In this document: piece after piece, positions 1 through 13,110 of the stretch
Numbering within the stretch: position 1 is the first letter of the stretch
Layout of the letters: each line of letters begins with the position of its first letter
Assembly (NCBI GenBank): GCA_024679065.1
Contig: JAGIQG010000027.1
Location: 31,930,001-31,994,000 of the forward strand
Source of the DNA: Sphyrna mokarran
Lineage: Eukaryota
DNA length: 64,000 nt
Reading direction: 5' to 3'
Translations under genes and position numbers: made by a program
The notes under the pieces: generated by a model
Told to the model about the DNA's origin: nothing
Seen by the model: only the letters and a program-made list of their open reading frames with translations
Databases searched by the model: none

Positions 1-498
1 AGTCTCAACACTCCTCATACACACCCAATATCCCATCTATCCCTATTTATGTGCACTTAAATATTTAATTAAACAATGCCCTTCACTCCCATGCATATTA
101 ACATCATTATTATCATACTATTAACACGAACGACCATATCTGTGGTAATTGGCTTTTCTTTTCATATCTCTCTTCCTCTTTCTTTAACTTTTGCTTTTTC
201 AGAAAAAAATACAATACTGTAGAAAAATAGAGATAAGTTAACAGATCAATATTGATCTTATCAAATAGCAGAAGGACTCAAAGGGCTACTTTTGCTCCTA
301 TTTCTTATGTTCTCATATTCTATTTCTGATGACTGATTGAGGGTGTATAGCTATGGCTGTTCATCTTGCCTCCTGTAAATGAAGGCTGATAGAAAGCAGC
401 AGGGTACATTCCAGACAGCACTGTCCTAACATTTAATTTTCTCTTTTGGTTGCCAAACCTTTAACACTTGAGGAAATCTATCACCAAGCTTCAAACTG

Positions 499-852
499 GG
501 TGGCACTGTAGTGCAGTGGTTAGTACTGCTGCCTCACACAACCTGGAACCTGGGTTTGATTCCAGCCTTGGGTGGTCGCCTGTGTGGAGTTTGCACATTC
601 TCCCCATGTCTACATGGACTTCTTTCAGATGCTCTGGTTTCCTCCCGCAGTGCAAAGATGTGCAGGTTAGGCTCATTGGCCATGCTAAATTGTCCCTTAG
701 GTGTCCCAAGATGTGTAGGTTAGGGGTATTAGTGGAGTAACTATGTGGTGTTAGGGAATAAGGCCTGGGTGGGATGCTCTGTCAGACAGTCAGTGCAGAT
801 TCGATGGGCCAAATGGCCTCGTTTTGCTTTGTAGCAATTATATGATTCTATG
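499..852 (+). mobile_element. HE1/V-SINE, tail type A (CR1-like tail), full length
   Basis: tRNA-like head (GCAGTGGTTAG...GGTTTGATTCC), V-domain (GTGTGGAGTTTGCACATTCTCCCC...GGTTTCCTCCC), tail ending TATGATTCTATG. Confidence 0.9.
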
Positions 853-1302
853 GAATTCTCTAAACCAAGTTATTGCACCATTTATTCTAGCAGAGTTTCT
901 ATTCAACCCTTTCACCATAGGGATATGTCCCACTTGTATAAGCCCAGATAAATTAAGCATAGGCTAATAATAATCAAAATAAAGGTTCCTGCAACTAAGT
1001 TGGTAGGAATTGCCAAAATATAATGTGAAAACAGCAGTTTGTGGTGTGTTGTAACACTTCCCAGAGTCTCACCATCTAAGGGTATCCTGTTCACTAGGAC
1101 ACTGCCCCTCAGCGATGTCTCAAGCCAAGAGAATGAATTCCAGTACCCAGTGTCAAATCTGCTCCTCATATCCAGCCAGTGGCCTTACCTGGGTGCTCAG
1201 TCTGGCTTGCTGGAGCACTGACAAAATTCCATCAGCACTCGATTCAACATTTTGCCACCATGCACAAACAAATTGGAATCTAATACACCATTAGATTAAC
1301 TT

Positions 1303-1660
1303 GGGGGATTTGATGGCCTAATGGTATTATCGCGCGACTATTAGCCCAGAAACTCAGCTGATATTCTGGGGACCCAGGTTCGAAATCCACCACATCAGAT
1401 GGAATTTGAATTCAATAAAAAAAACTCTGCAATTAAGAATCTACTGGTGACCATGAAACCATTGCTGATTGTCTGAAAAACTCATCTGGTTCACCAATGT
1501 CCTTTCGGAAAGGAAATCTGCCATTCTCACTTGATCTGGCCTATGGGTGACTCCAGAACCACAACAATGTGGTTGACTCTCAACTGGCCTCTGAGGGTAA
1601 CTAGGGATGGGCAATAAGTGCTGGCCAGCCAGTGATGTCCCAGAAAAGAATATTTAAAAA
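1303..1660 (+). mobile_element. tRNA-derived SINE (here 'family C')
   Basis: Head GATGGCCTAATGG...GGTTCGAAATCC, core GACCATGAAACC...GGAAATCTGCC, tail GGGATGGGCAATAAGTGCTGGCC; recurs many times in the window. Confidence 0.85.
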
Positions 1661-1679
1661 TTGCCTAGCAACAACGAGC

Positions 1680-1845
1680 TATAAGAAACAGAAACTAGAA
1701 GCAGGTGTTAGGACATTTAGCCCCTTGGGGCTGCTCCACCATTCATTTTGATCATGGCTGATCATCAAATTCAATATTCTGATCCCCCTCCACTTCTTCC
1801 CATATCCCTTTAGCTCAACCGCTAAATCTAATTTCTTCTTGAAAT
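1680..1845 (-). mobile_element. CR1 LINE 3' fragment
   Basis: Similar to CR1 3' ends at 13670 and 26970 (TGATCATGGCTGATC motif). Confidence 0.7.
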
Positions 1846-2082
1846 TGTCAGGTGTATGATCCTGAGCTGATAGTTGGATTTTTACCCAGTAATTTATGAA
1901 ACTTAAACCTGACAATAATACTCAAAGTTTTAAAACATGGAAGTAATTGTTTCTGTTCCTTGTACATTGGTTGTTAAAAGTTTCACTTCATTTTGATGCT
2001 GTACTGAGAGGTACTAAATATGATCCTAGCCTGTTGGTTGAACTCTATCCCTGTTTTTTAAATGTTCTGGTGTTTAAATATA

Positions 2083-2332
2083 GCACCAGCCAAGGCCACT
2101 GTCTGTGTGGAGACTGCACATTCTCCCCATGTCTGCATGGGTTTCCTCCAGATGCTCCAGTTCTCTCCCACAGTCCAAAAGACACGCTGGTTAGATGTGT
2201 TAGCCATGCTAAATTCTCCCTTAGTGTATCCGAACAAGTGCCAGACTGTGGTGACTAAGGGATCTTCGCAGTAACTTAATTGCAGTGTTAATGTAAGTCT
2301 ACTAGTAACACTAGTAAATAAACTTTAAACTT
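2083..2332 (+). mobile_element. V-SINE, tail type B, 5' truncated
   Basis: V-domain followed by AAATTCTCCC...CAGTAACTT...GCAGTGTTAATGTAAG...AAATAAACTTTAAACTT. Confidence 0.85.
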
Positions 2333-2651
2333 ACTATGACTGGAAACTTGCCCCTCGGGGCTGCTCTGCCATTCATGGGAATGCTTGCTGCCCTGGCTGA
2401 TCATTCAGCCTGGAATGGCCCCGCCTATTATTCTAGGAGATGTCAGAGAATGAGACATCACACAAAAAGCCAGTTGCAATATGTGAGAGGGTTTTCAGAG
2501 GTCACAAATCTTGGGAATGTGGAGATGGGCTTAGGGAGCAAGTTAATGTGGTGATTCATTGCCTTCACATTGGGAATTCAGGCTTGCTGCTGTGCAGACA
2601 CACCAGAGCAATGAGTGAACTGTGAGATGAAAATTTGGTTCAAGTCATAGT

Positions 2652-2970
2652 AAGTTTAAAGTTTATTCACTAGTGTTACAAGTAGACTTACATTAACACT
2701 GCAATTAAGTTACTGCAAAGATCGCTTAGTCACCACAGTCTGGCACTTGTTTGTGTACACTGAGAGAGAATTTAGCATGGCCAATACACCTAATCCAGCA
2801 TGTATTTCGGACTGTGGGAGAGAACCGGAGCACCCGGAGGAAACCCACTCGGAGGAAGCCCGTGTGGACACAGGGAGAATGTGCAGACTCCACACAGACA
2901 GTGACCCAAACCGGGAATCGAATCCGGGCTGTGAGGCAGCAGTGCTAATCACAATGCTATCCTACTGCCC
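2652..2970 (-). mobile_element. V-SINE, tail type B
   Basis: Reverse complement of the same unit as 2083-2332 plus tRNA head. Confidence 0.85.
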
Positions 2971-3744
2971 GGTTAATGGAAATAACGCGGGATCGTGCGC
3001 TATAATCCTTGGAAGCAAATCACTGACCTGGTCAGAAATGAATTGATTCAAACCTCTTGTTTGCCCCCATTACATTCAGACCAACACTTGCTGTTTGTGC
3101 CCACTCCCTCAATGAAATCCCACCAGTGAAATGCCAAAATCCCAGCCAATCAGAATCCTCCTGGCATCTGATTTGGGTCAAGAAGGTTTGAATCTGATTG
3201 GACAGCACTGTGTTGGATTTAATGCCACCTTGTGGCAATGCCTCATGATAATGGCAATTGGAGGTTCTTCCCTCTTGTTTACTGGTAATCAATTCTTGTT
3301 TCAGTACCCATTTTTTGAAAGCTGGCAGTATCTTGCTGTTGCCCCACCAACGCCCTCCCCCCAACTACCTGAAGCCCTTTCCTCTCCAATTCTGCTGCTC
3401 CACATGAATGTTTAGTTTCTTCCAAGAATGTCTACTCTGAAGATGTACTACTCTTCTCTCCGACAGAATTTCCGTTTGTTTCTTTTGCCCTATCCCCCTT
3501 CATTGTTTCCCATTTCCTCCCTGATGTTGGACAAGGGGTTTACCAAAACTCATTTTCACAGTCACACTGCCTTCCTCAGCGGCTGTCTCTGTCTCCGCTG
3601 CCAGAAGTGTCTCATTTGCTTAGTGGTAGCGTCAACCTGGAACCAACTTCCTTCATCAGTTTTTGTCTCAACTGTCCCCTGACAGGATAATGAGAATGGT
3701 GGGTGGGATTAACTGTCCATTTTGGGTATCAACATGGAATCATA

Positions 3745-4347
3745 GAATCATCAAATTCCTACAGTGCAGAAGAAGGCCATTCGGCCCATTGAGTGTACAT
3801 CGACATCAATCTCATGTGGATTTTATCCCCTGTTCATTGCCTTGACACAAAGGGGCAATTTTGTATGGCCAATCAACCTAACCTGCACATCATCGTGGCA
3901 CAGTGGTTAGCGCTGCTACCTCACAACACCAGGAACCTGGGTTTGATTCCTGGCTTGAGTCACTGTCTGCATGCATTCTGCATGTTCTCTCCATGTTTGC
4001 TTGGGTTTTCTCTGGGTGCTCCAGTTTCCTCCCACAGTCCAAATAGGCCTGCTGGTTAAGTGCATTGACCATGATGAATTCTCCCTCAGTGTATCCGAAA
4101 AGGCGCCGGAGTGTGGGAATCTTCGCAGTAACTTCATTGCAAAGTTAATGTAAGCCTACACTAATAAATCCACTATAAACCTTTGGATTGTGCCAAGAAA
4201 GTGGAGTGCTTGGAGGAAACCCAACCAGACACGGAAAGAATGTGCAAACTCCCTGAGTGAGGACTCGAGATTGGATTTGAAATTGGGCCCGTGGGTCCCT
4301 GGTGCTTTGACGAAGCAGTACTAACCATTGTGCCACTGTACTGCCCG
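3745..4347 (-). mobile_element. HE1 type A split by a + strand type B V-SINE (about 3892-4180)
   Basis: CCTGCACAT|insert|CTTTGGATTGTG rejoins the HE1 sequence seen in other copies. Confidence 0.8.
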
Positions 4348-4889
4348 GTGGGAGGGTCATTATTTTTCAGGGAGATTTAAATAAAGAGACTGCCCTACAT
4401 TGCAGCTCTGATCCTCTGTTTGGCTGTCCTTGAACCTGAATTGGGCAACAGTTAAATCTAGGCCAATGCTTTGCGTATCTGGCTGCAAAATGGAGAGTAG
4501 TCAACATTCACATCCTGCCGTGAACAGTACACAACCAGCTGGTCTTATCCAGCTGAATCTCCAGTCTCCAGGAAGAGTTGTTAATAAAAAGACTAATTAT
4601 AACTTTAACATCCATTGCAGTGAGTGCCTGTAATTTGCACCCACTCCTATACCCTGGTTTCCCTGTGGTGAATCAATTAGAAGGAGCAGGATCTGCATTA
4701 TTCCCTGAAACAATCCTCCCCATAAAACAATTATTAATTCAACTCTCATAACTAGTAATTAAATCTAATTTATACCAATCAACATCTAACCTTTATTTAA
4801 AAGCTCAAATATCTGTGACTATTAATTAACTTGGAATTTACTATATTGACTATTACTTTACTCCTAGCTTGTTATTTATTGGACTTGTA

Positions 4890-6080
4890 GGTGGAGATAT
4901 ACAGGACAGAAACAGGCCAATCAGCCCAACTCGTCCATGCTGACCAGCTTTCCTAAACTGAACTAGTCCCATTTGCCTGCATTTGGCCCCTATCCCTCTA
5001 AGCCTTTCCCTATCCATGTACCTATCCAAATGTCTTTTAAATATTGTCATTGTACCCACCTCTACCACTTCTTCTGGCATTTTATTCCATACACACATCT
5101 GTGTAAAAAAGTTACCCCTCAGGTCCCTTTTAAATTTTTCACCTCTCACCTTAAACCTATGCTCTTTAGTTTTGGACACCCCACATCTGGGGAAAATAAC
5201 TCTGGCTATTCACCTTATCTATACCCAACATATTTTTATAGACATCTATGCGGTTGACACAGTGGTACAGTGGTTAGCGCTGCTGCCTCACAGCCCCTGG
5301 AACCAGGGTTCGATTCCTGGCCCAGGGCACTTTCTGTGTGGAGTCAGCATGTTCTCCCCGTGGGTTTGCTCGAGGTGCTCTGGTTTCCTCTGAAAGATGT
5401 GCTGGGTGGGTGCATTGCTAATTTCTCTCTCAATGTACCTGAACAGGTGCCGGAGTGTGGTGACCAGGGGATTTTCGCAATAACTTCATTGCTGTGTTAA
5501 TGTAAGCGTACTTGTAACACTAATAAATACAAGTTAAATAAGGTTGAATAGGTTAGGACTTTATTCCCTGGAGCGTAAAAGAATGAGGGGAGATTTGATA
5601 GAGGCTATAAAATTATGATGGGTATCGAATGCAAGCAGGCTTTTTCCACTGAGGCGAGCAGAGAAAAAAAAACAAGAGGACATGGGTTAAGGGTTGAGGA
5701 GGGAAAAGTTTAAAGGGAATATTGGGGGGGTCTTCACACAGAGAGTGGTGGGATTGTTGAATGAGCTGCCAGAAGAAGTGGTAAATAGGGGCTCACTTTT
5801 AACATTTAAGAAAATCTTGGACAGGTACATGGATGAGAGGGGTGTGGAGGGATATGGTCCAGGTGCAGATCAGTGGGAAAAATGGTTCGGCTCAGACAAG
5901 AAGGGCTAAAATGTCTCTCTGTGCTGTAATGTTCTACACTTCTATGGAAACCTCTCATTCTCCTAAGTTCCAGAGAAAAATGTCTCAGCCCCTCTTTATA
6001 ATTCAAATCTTCCCGTCCCGGTGACATCCTTGTAAGTCTTTTCTGCATCCTTTCCAGTTTTAAAACATCCTTCCTACAGC
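4890..6080 (-). mobile_element. CR1 3' fragment interrupted by a type B V-SINE (5252-5540, +) and a second CR1 3' fragment (5540-5947, +)
   Basis: ORF 4853-5179 gives HRFKVRGEKFKRDLRGNFFTQ...WNKMPEEVV (CR1 ORF2 C-terminus); ORF 5694-5909 gives FTQRVVGLLNELPEEVV on the other strand. Confidence 0.85.
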
Positions 6081-6149
6081 AAACATATAACTAATTAGTT
6101 AATTATGCTTATTGTAAACATGACTGTTTTATATTATTGAAACACTATT

Positions 6150-6665
6150 ATAATAAAAACGAAACTGATCTTTTTTTCACTGTTAATCTTAAAATTAGTC
6201 CTCCACTTTGCAGAATTGTACATCGACTCCCCCCCCCCCCCCCCCGCCCCGCCCCCCCCCCCCCTCCACTTATCAGAATGAGACTGAAACTCAGCGACTG
6301 AGGAAGTTTGAGATTCAATTTCAACAGGAAGCCAGAGACGAACAGCAAAGGGGAGAGAGAGCGGCTGAGAACAAGTTCTGACCCGCAGACAGAAAGCGAG
6401 GCAAGAGACAGGGAGAGGGAGAGGCAGGTACGTGGGTCGACTGGGATATGCCATTAATGACAATCGCCCAGTCACATAGACCTGACACCCCACCCCGCTG
6501 GGAGGCTACATCAACATTCAAGGGCACTCCGACCAGAAACATTCCCCAGGGAGAAGAATATGCAGGAATTCCAGCCACGTTCAGATGAACCTGTTTGTTG
6601 GACTGAAGCATTTGAGAGCAGCCCTCGCTGAAAGGTGTCGATTCATCCCCAAGCAGCAGCTTCAG
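6150..6665 (+). promoter_or_regulatory. Putative promoter and non-coding first exon of the ARHGAP27-like gene
   Basis: Repeat-free and CpG-richer than flanks. Poly-C tract with GC boxes (CCCCGCCCCGCCCC) at 6229-6264, purine-rich leader, donor CAG|GTAAAA at 6665/6666 followed by T-rich sequence; alternative donor CAG|GTACGT at 6427/6428. Link to the 59-kb exon is inference. Confidence 0.55.
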
Positions 6666-7696
6666 GTAAAAAAAACACGTTTGTTTCCTTTGGATCGAAG
6701 GTTAATTATTTACAATTTGCCAGACCTTTTTGCACACAGTTGTTTTGTATTTAAGACTTTGTCGAGAAGTAATCGTTTTAGTTTTTTTTAAAGAAGTTTG
6801 AAAATAATGAATGCATTTTGTTTGTAATCTCGGGGTGACGTTCAGTGTTTAGACCGCGGATTCAAATACAAAAGGTTTGAAAGTGCTTGAGAAGCGTTTC
6901 CGCACTGCACTGTGATGGGTTGGTATATAAATTTACAGTAAATAGGGCAGTGCTGGAAGTTAGGTTCCAGGAGTGTAGTTGAATTCAAAACAAGCCAATA
7001 GCGCTGCTTAATCAGGTCACCCAGAAATGGCTAGTGTAGGTTAAAGATGGTTACAGATGAGCATTGTATTTCAATATTTTAGCTTACTACATAATTTATA
7101 TACCAAAAAATTAGCATTTTTAAAGCAAAACAAAACAACGATTTTGTGCAGTTTTATCTTTCCAATCCATGCACGAATTGCTCTGGTGCAATTTTACTGC
7201 GATATCTTGTTACCAATTCACGGTAAGAGTATCGACAATAATCAGATCTTCAGTGTGAACGCCTTAACGCGTCATGGACATGTATTGTACTGAAGGTTGC
7301 CATCTCCACACTGACTGACAGTTCATGTTTGCACAAAGTGGAAAAATAAAGGCAATACGATCCAATTTAAGGGTTCAAGTGCTGACTGAAGAATCAACAT
7401 CACGTTAGGCGTGACATCTATCCTCAGCGCAAGTCACACAGGTTGCAAGTCTATTCAGAGGTTTGGAGCAGTTTAAGAACGCCATCCATCCAAGTAGGCA
7501 CATTTTCCTATCGGCAGGAGAGATTGTCACTCCACTCCCATCACATTTCTTCAGTTGGCTTGGTGTCACTCAGAAGTGCCATCTGAAAAAGGTATCAATT
7601 TTTTTTACTGTATTTCAACCGAATGATGTATCCTGTATATGATGTATGGAGTGGTTACATCTCCAGATTTTTAAAATTAACTTTAGTTGCTAATTT

Positions 7697-8120
7697 GGCA
7701 CAGCGGTTAGTACTGCTACCTGACAACTCCAAAGACCGGGTTTGATTCCCGACTGTGCAAAGTCTGCATGTTCTCCCCGTGTCTGCGTGGGTTGCCTCTG
7801 GTGCTCAGGTTTCCTTCCACAGTCTGAAAGACGTGCTGGTTAGGTACACTGACCATGCTAAATTGTCCCTCAGTGTCCCTGAACAGGCACCAAAATGTGG
7901 GGACTAGGGATTTTCACAGTAACTTCATTGCAGTTACAGTGACTATAACACTACATTCTGCACTCTCTCCTTTACTTCTCTGTGAATGGTATGCTTTATC
8001 TGCGTAGCACACAAGAAACAATACTTTTCACTGTATATTAATACATGCGACAATAATAAGTCAATTCAAATCAGTGTTAATGTAAACCTACATTACAAGT
8101 AACATTAATAAATAAACTTG
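7697..8120 (+). mobile_element. Type B V-SINE with a Rex1/Babar 3'UTR fragment (about 7935-8071) inserted in its tail
   Basis: Tail breaks at TTGCAGT and resumes at CAGTGTTAATG; the insert is the reverse complement of the start of the Rex1 copy at 49607. Confidence 0.8.
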
Positions 8121-8293
8121 AATTGAAATATATTGTAACGGGGAAGTTAAATATAGCAGTGATGAGATCTGAAAAGATGATGATTCTAATATGACCTAAT
8201 ACCTGCTCAAGATCTGATGAAATTTACTTTTAATTTCTATTCAAATAGCTGCATTGTCTGGTATGAAATGTGCAGTCTTTATAGTGTTTATTT

Positions 8294-8590
8294 GAAGTTT
8301 ATTTATTAGTCACAAGTCGGCTTACATTCACACTGCAATGAAATTATTGTGAAAATCCTCTAGTCGCCACACTCCGGTGCTGTTCAGGTACACTGAGGGA
8401 GAATTTAGCATGGCCAATGCACCTAACCAGCACATCTGTGGACTGTGGGAGGAAGTCAGAGCACCCAGAAGGAACCCATACAGACACAGGGAGAATGTGC
8501 AAACTCTACACTGACACAACAACCCAAGCCGGGAATCAAACCCGAATCCCTGGCGCTGTGAGGAAGCAGTGCTAACCACTGTGCTGCCCT
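8294..8590 (-). mobile_element. V-SINE, tail type B
   Basis: Full head, V-domain and B tail on the minus strand. Confidence 0.9.
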
Positions 8591-9144
8591 GCTAGTATCT
8601 CTTAAGCAATGTTAGAGTGGTGACTGCCTCAATATTATATTAACCCTTCAAGTCTAACTTTTGTGAGGCAATGCTTTTTTAACTCATTATGTAAAAAGGA
8701 AAGTAATTATTGCCAGATTAGAGTGTGTCACAACACTCGGTAAATAAAAACACCATTCAATGTAGCGCTAAATCTTATAGAAAAGTATTCAGTTTCCAGA
8801 CTGATAGCAGAAGTGAAGTTCAGGGTGGCTCTAGGAATTGGGTGGAGAGGAAACCAAGCAGATACTCCCTGCTGGAATTATGTATGGAGGAGGATTGGAT
8901 TTGGCTGTGATGCCCTCTGTGATCCAATAGACAATCACCTCTTTGGACTTACAGATAAATAATTAGCATTTGGGTGAAGTACAGGAATGTTGTTGATGCA
9001 ACTGGAATCAAAGCCCATGAATCAGTGTTGACTAAAAAGGAAAAGAGAACACTGGAAACAAACACTTTAAATTCAAATGTATTGCAGCAATGCTGTTGAA
9101 ATCTATTATCATTGATGCAAATTAAAAAGTCTGATTGCTAAGAT

Positions 9145-9375
9145 AGAACATAGAACACAGAAAAACTACAGCACTAACAGGCCCTTCAGCCCACAAGTTG
9201 CTCTGATCATATCTCTACCTAGTAGACTTACCTATAATCCTCAATTCTATTAAGTCCCATATACTCATCCAAAAGTCTGTTAAAAGACTCTATCAAATTT
9301 GCCTCCACCATCATCGATGGCAGCCGATTCCACGCACCCACTATCCTCCGAGTGAAAAACTTACCCTTGACATCT
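9145..9375 (-). mobile_element. CR1 3' fragment
   Basis: CATAGAACA tail and TTCCACGCACCCACTATCCTCCGAGTGAAAAA (reverse of FFTRRIVGAWN). Confidence 0.75.
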
Positions 9376-9518
9376 CCAACAGCAAGATACCTAACAGAAC
9401 AGGGTTACAGAAGTGAGAATATATCTTCCACAAAAAGCTTGCCATCTTGAAACACTTCCTGGATTTTGTCATTTAAACCAAGTTGTAGCTTGAACTCAAG
9501 CCCTTTGTTCTATTTAAT

Positions 9519-9812
9519 GTAGCACAGGTGACACAGTGGTTAGCACTGCTGCCTCACAGTGCCAGGGATCCGGGTTCGATTCCTGGCCTTGGATGACTGC
9601 AGTTTCTTCCTGTGTCTGTGTGGTTTTGTCTGGGTGCTTTGGTTTCCTCCCATGGTGGATTGGCCATACTAAATTCCCCCTTTGTGTCCCAAGATGTTTA
9701 GGGGGAATTAGACGGGTAAATGAATGGGGTTGCGGGGGACAGGGTGGGGTAAAATATTCTGTTGGGAGAGTTGGTGTAGATTTGATGGGCCAATCTGCAG
9801 GGATTCGATGAT
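9519..9812 (+). mobile_element. HE1 type A with internal deletions
   Basis: tRNA head CAGTGGTTAGCACTGCTGCCTCAC and A-type tail. Confidence 0.8.
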
Positions 9813-10156
9813 CTACTCAATGCTTCCATAGAATATCTGCAATCTATGCAATATCTTGATGGTTAATTCTAGATACGTATTTCCAATCTCAACATTTCAC
9901 AATCATTATTCAGTCCTTAGGTTATTGTGTATTATGGATATTTTCTGTGGTTCCTGCAATTTAAGCAAATTACGCTTCATTGGATATTTGACTTTCTCAA
10001 TCTTGTTTGTGATTGTAAAATGTTTGACTTTTTGCATGTGATATTTCTTCTCTGGTTTGATCCCCATTGGCAAGGTCTAAAAGCGTGTTCTAATTGTGAT
10101 AGATACTGTGGTTTAAAAAGGATCATAGCTCAATCAGATTTGTTTGTGGATTATTC

Positions 10157-10690
10157 TCGCATAGTGACACAGTGGTTGACAGTGTTGCCTCTCAGCGCCA
10201 GGGACCCGGGTTCAATTTTGGCTTTGCATCACTGTCTATATGGAGATTGCACATTTTCCCCATGTCTGCATGGGTTTCCACCAGGTGCTCCAATTTCCTC
10301 CCATAGTCCAAAAGATATGCAGATTAGGTTGATTGGCCATGTTAAATTATCCCTTAGTGTCAGGGGTCTAGGAAGGTAAATACTATATTAGGATGGCACA
10401 GTGTTGTCATTGTTGCTTCACTGCGCCAGGGACCCAGGCTTAGTTCTAGCCTTAGTCATCGTCTTTGTGGAGTTTGCACCTTCTCCCTGTGTCTGTGTAG
10501 GTTTCCTCGGGATGCTCCAGGTGCTCCCACAGTCCAAAGATGTGTGGGTTAGGTTGATTGGCCATGCTAAATTGCCTCGAGTGTCTGAAGGATTAGGAGA
10601 TTAAATGTATGGAAATAGGGCCTGGGTGGTTGGTACAGAGTTAATGGGCCAACTGATCTCCTTCTGCACTATAGGGATTCTTTGATAATT
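10157..10690 (+). mobile_element. Two head-to-tail HE1 type A copies (about 10157-10385 and 10391-10690)
   Basis: Two consecutive heads and V-domains, one complete tail. Confidence 0.85.
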
Positions 10691-11174
10691 TTATGTTAAA
10701 AATATATAGATCCTCTTAGACTGCATTAAGCCACCTGCATCAAAATAGAATAGAAAATCAATATGAGATTTTATGTGAAAATTAAATATTAAAGATGTTT
10801 CGGTGCTCTTCAAAACATATTGCAAGAAACAATGATTTAAGACACACTTTTCCTGCTTCTCATAATATTTCTCTTGAAATAGTGAATGCTAATGAAAATC
10901 TAATCAGTAAAATCAGTTGGTAACTGCTGATAACCCCAAAGCAGCTATATTAAATGGCAGTCATTAACTACAAGTGCTTTAGTAATATTCCCGTCAGTAT
11001 CCCAATCAGACTGGTATCCATGGAGATGCTTTCAAAGTTACTTTCCCCTGATGATGTACATAGGAACAGGCCCTGAGCCCAGCCCTGTTATTCATTTAGC
11101 TTGGGGATATCAAACTCAAACAACCCAAAGGGCCAAATTTCTTCTTATGAAAGTAATGACGGGCCAGACCAGCA

Positions 11175-11520
11175 TTTTTTTATTCATTCTGAGGATGTAA
11201 GTGTCGCTGGCAGGGCACAGCATTTATTGTATGCACCCAACTGCCCTCCATTGCAGAGGGCATTTAAAAGTCAACCACGTTGCTGTGGATCTGGAGTTGC
11301 ATGTAGGCCAGACCAGATAAGGATGGCAGATTTCCTTCCCTAAAGAACTTTGTTGAGCAGATGGGTTTTTAATGACAATCAATAATGGTTTCATGGTCAT
11401 CGTTAGAATTTTAATTCCAGATTTATGCTGTGGTAGGATTCAAAACTGGGTCCACAGAGCATTTCCCTTGGTCTTTGGATTACTAGTCCAGTGATGTTAC
11501 TTCCAGGTCACTGCCTCCCG
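11175..11520 (-). mobile_element. SINE family C
   Basis: Reverse complement of the 1303-1660 unit (GGCAGATTTCCTTCCC, GGTTTCATGGTC). Confidence 0.85.
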
Positions 11521-11967
11521 ATTGTTTTACAAGACAGGTATCATTAAAAATGTATGTACCGAGACCCAGACATTCCAGTTATAAGGACCGAAATCTTCCA
11601 GCTATTCTTGCCAGTGAGATAATCCAGTCCTGCTGATGATGACTCTATACCCGCAGCGGATATTGAGAATAACAGGAAAACCTATTGAGAGTACTGAGAC
11701 TGGGAGATCCCACTAGCAGCCAATGGCAGGATGCCTCCTCTGTCACAAGACAAAGCACAGAGGGGTTGGCAGGGGGTGAGGGGATTTAGAAAATTCCATC
11801 CAAAAACTTTTAACAAGTGAGTGCATGCTGTACAATAGCAAATAAAATTAACGAAAAGATTAATAAAAGAGAATCGATAATAAATTTTCTCTTCGTAGGC
11901 ATGGTTAAGTACATTTTTATAACACAAGTAATTCTACAGCTATTTGCATGTGCACAATGCACTTGTT

Positions 11968-12250
11968 GAATAAAGTAATTCATTAGTCACAAGTAAGGCT
12001 TACATTAACACTGCAAAAATATTACTGTGAAATTCCCCTAGTTGCCACAGTCCAACACCTGTCCGAGTCAATGCACCTAACCAGCACATCTTTCAGGATG
12101 TAGGAAGAAACCGGAGCACTTGGAGGAAACCCATGTAGACACGGGGAGAACGTGCAGAGTCCACACAGACAGTGGTTCAGTCCGGGAATCAAACCTAGGT
12201 CCCTGGCGCTGTGAAACAGCAGTGCTAACCACTGTGCCACCATGCTGCCC
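11968..12250 (-). mobile_element. V-SINE, tail type B
   Basis: GGCTTACATTAACACTGCA ... AGTGCTAACCACTGTGCCACC. Confidence 0.9.
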
Positions 12251-12977
12251 GCTACTGCCAATTGTCTGAATTGCACACCCGAGAGAAGGGTAGCAATTTC
12301 AAAGGTTCTTGTGAGTCTATGCACAAATCCAAAAGAATTTCCATCCTCTGCCTTTAGCAGGTTTGACAAATTTACTTTGAAGGTGTCACTGACTGCTTGG
12401 AGCTCTTTGCCAATTTCAAAATCACTTTTGTCTTCTGTTCTATCAGAATTCTGGATCAATTCATAACAGTGAGTGGAAAACCTGTAACAAAGGAAAAATG
12501 TTAGCCCTTTGAGACAAATATCCCATCATTTTAAAAAGGGCAAGCTGTTGTGATCTCAAAAGTGCAGTTGAATTATTTTTGGACATAATTTGCTTTGGGT
12601 ATCATTTCTGGTTTTCTGTTCCCTTTGGACCCTTCTATATATACTCAGGATATGAACCTGAAACCGCCCCCAGGTTTGAAGATACAGTGATGGGGATTTT
12701 GTATCGAAGCATTGATGAATGTGTCTAAGATCAGTATTAAAAAAAAAACTGAATTTGTTGGTGATACACAGTGCATCTGAGGAGAGAGAAATAAAGTTGA
12801 TGTCTCAGATCAGAGTCCTAATTATAGATCACTAACTTGAAATATTAACTTTAATTCTGCTTTTCACAGATTCTACCTGCACTGCTACAGGTTTTTGCAG
12901 CATCTTCTGCTTTTATTTCCAATTTTGAGCATTTAGCAAATAGTTTTTATTTGGCAAATGTGAGGTCAGACAGGGCT

Positions 12978-13110
12978 TAGAATCATAGAATCCCTACAGA
13001 AGGAGGTCATTCAGACCATTGAGTCTGCATCCCATGTATTTACCCTGCTAGTCCCCCTGACATTAAGGGGCAATTTAGCATGGCCAATCAACTAACCTGC
13101 ACATCTTTGG
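12978..13110 (-). mobile_element. HE1 type A 3' fragment
   Basis: AGAATCATAGAATCCCTACAG ... CCTGCACATCTTTGG. Confidence 0.75.
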
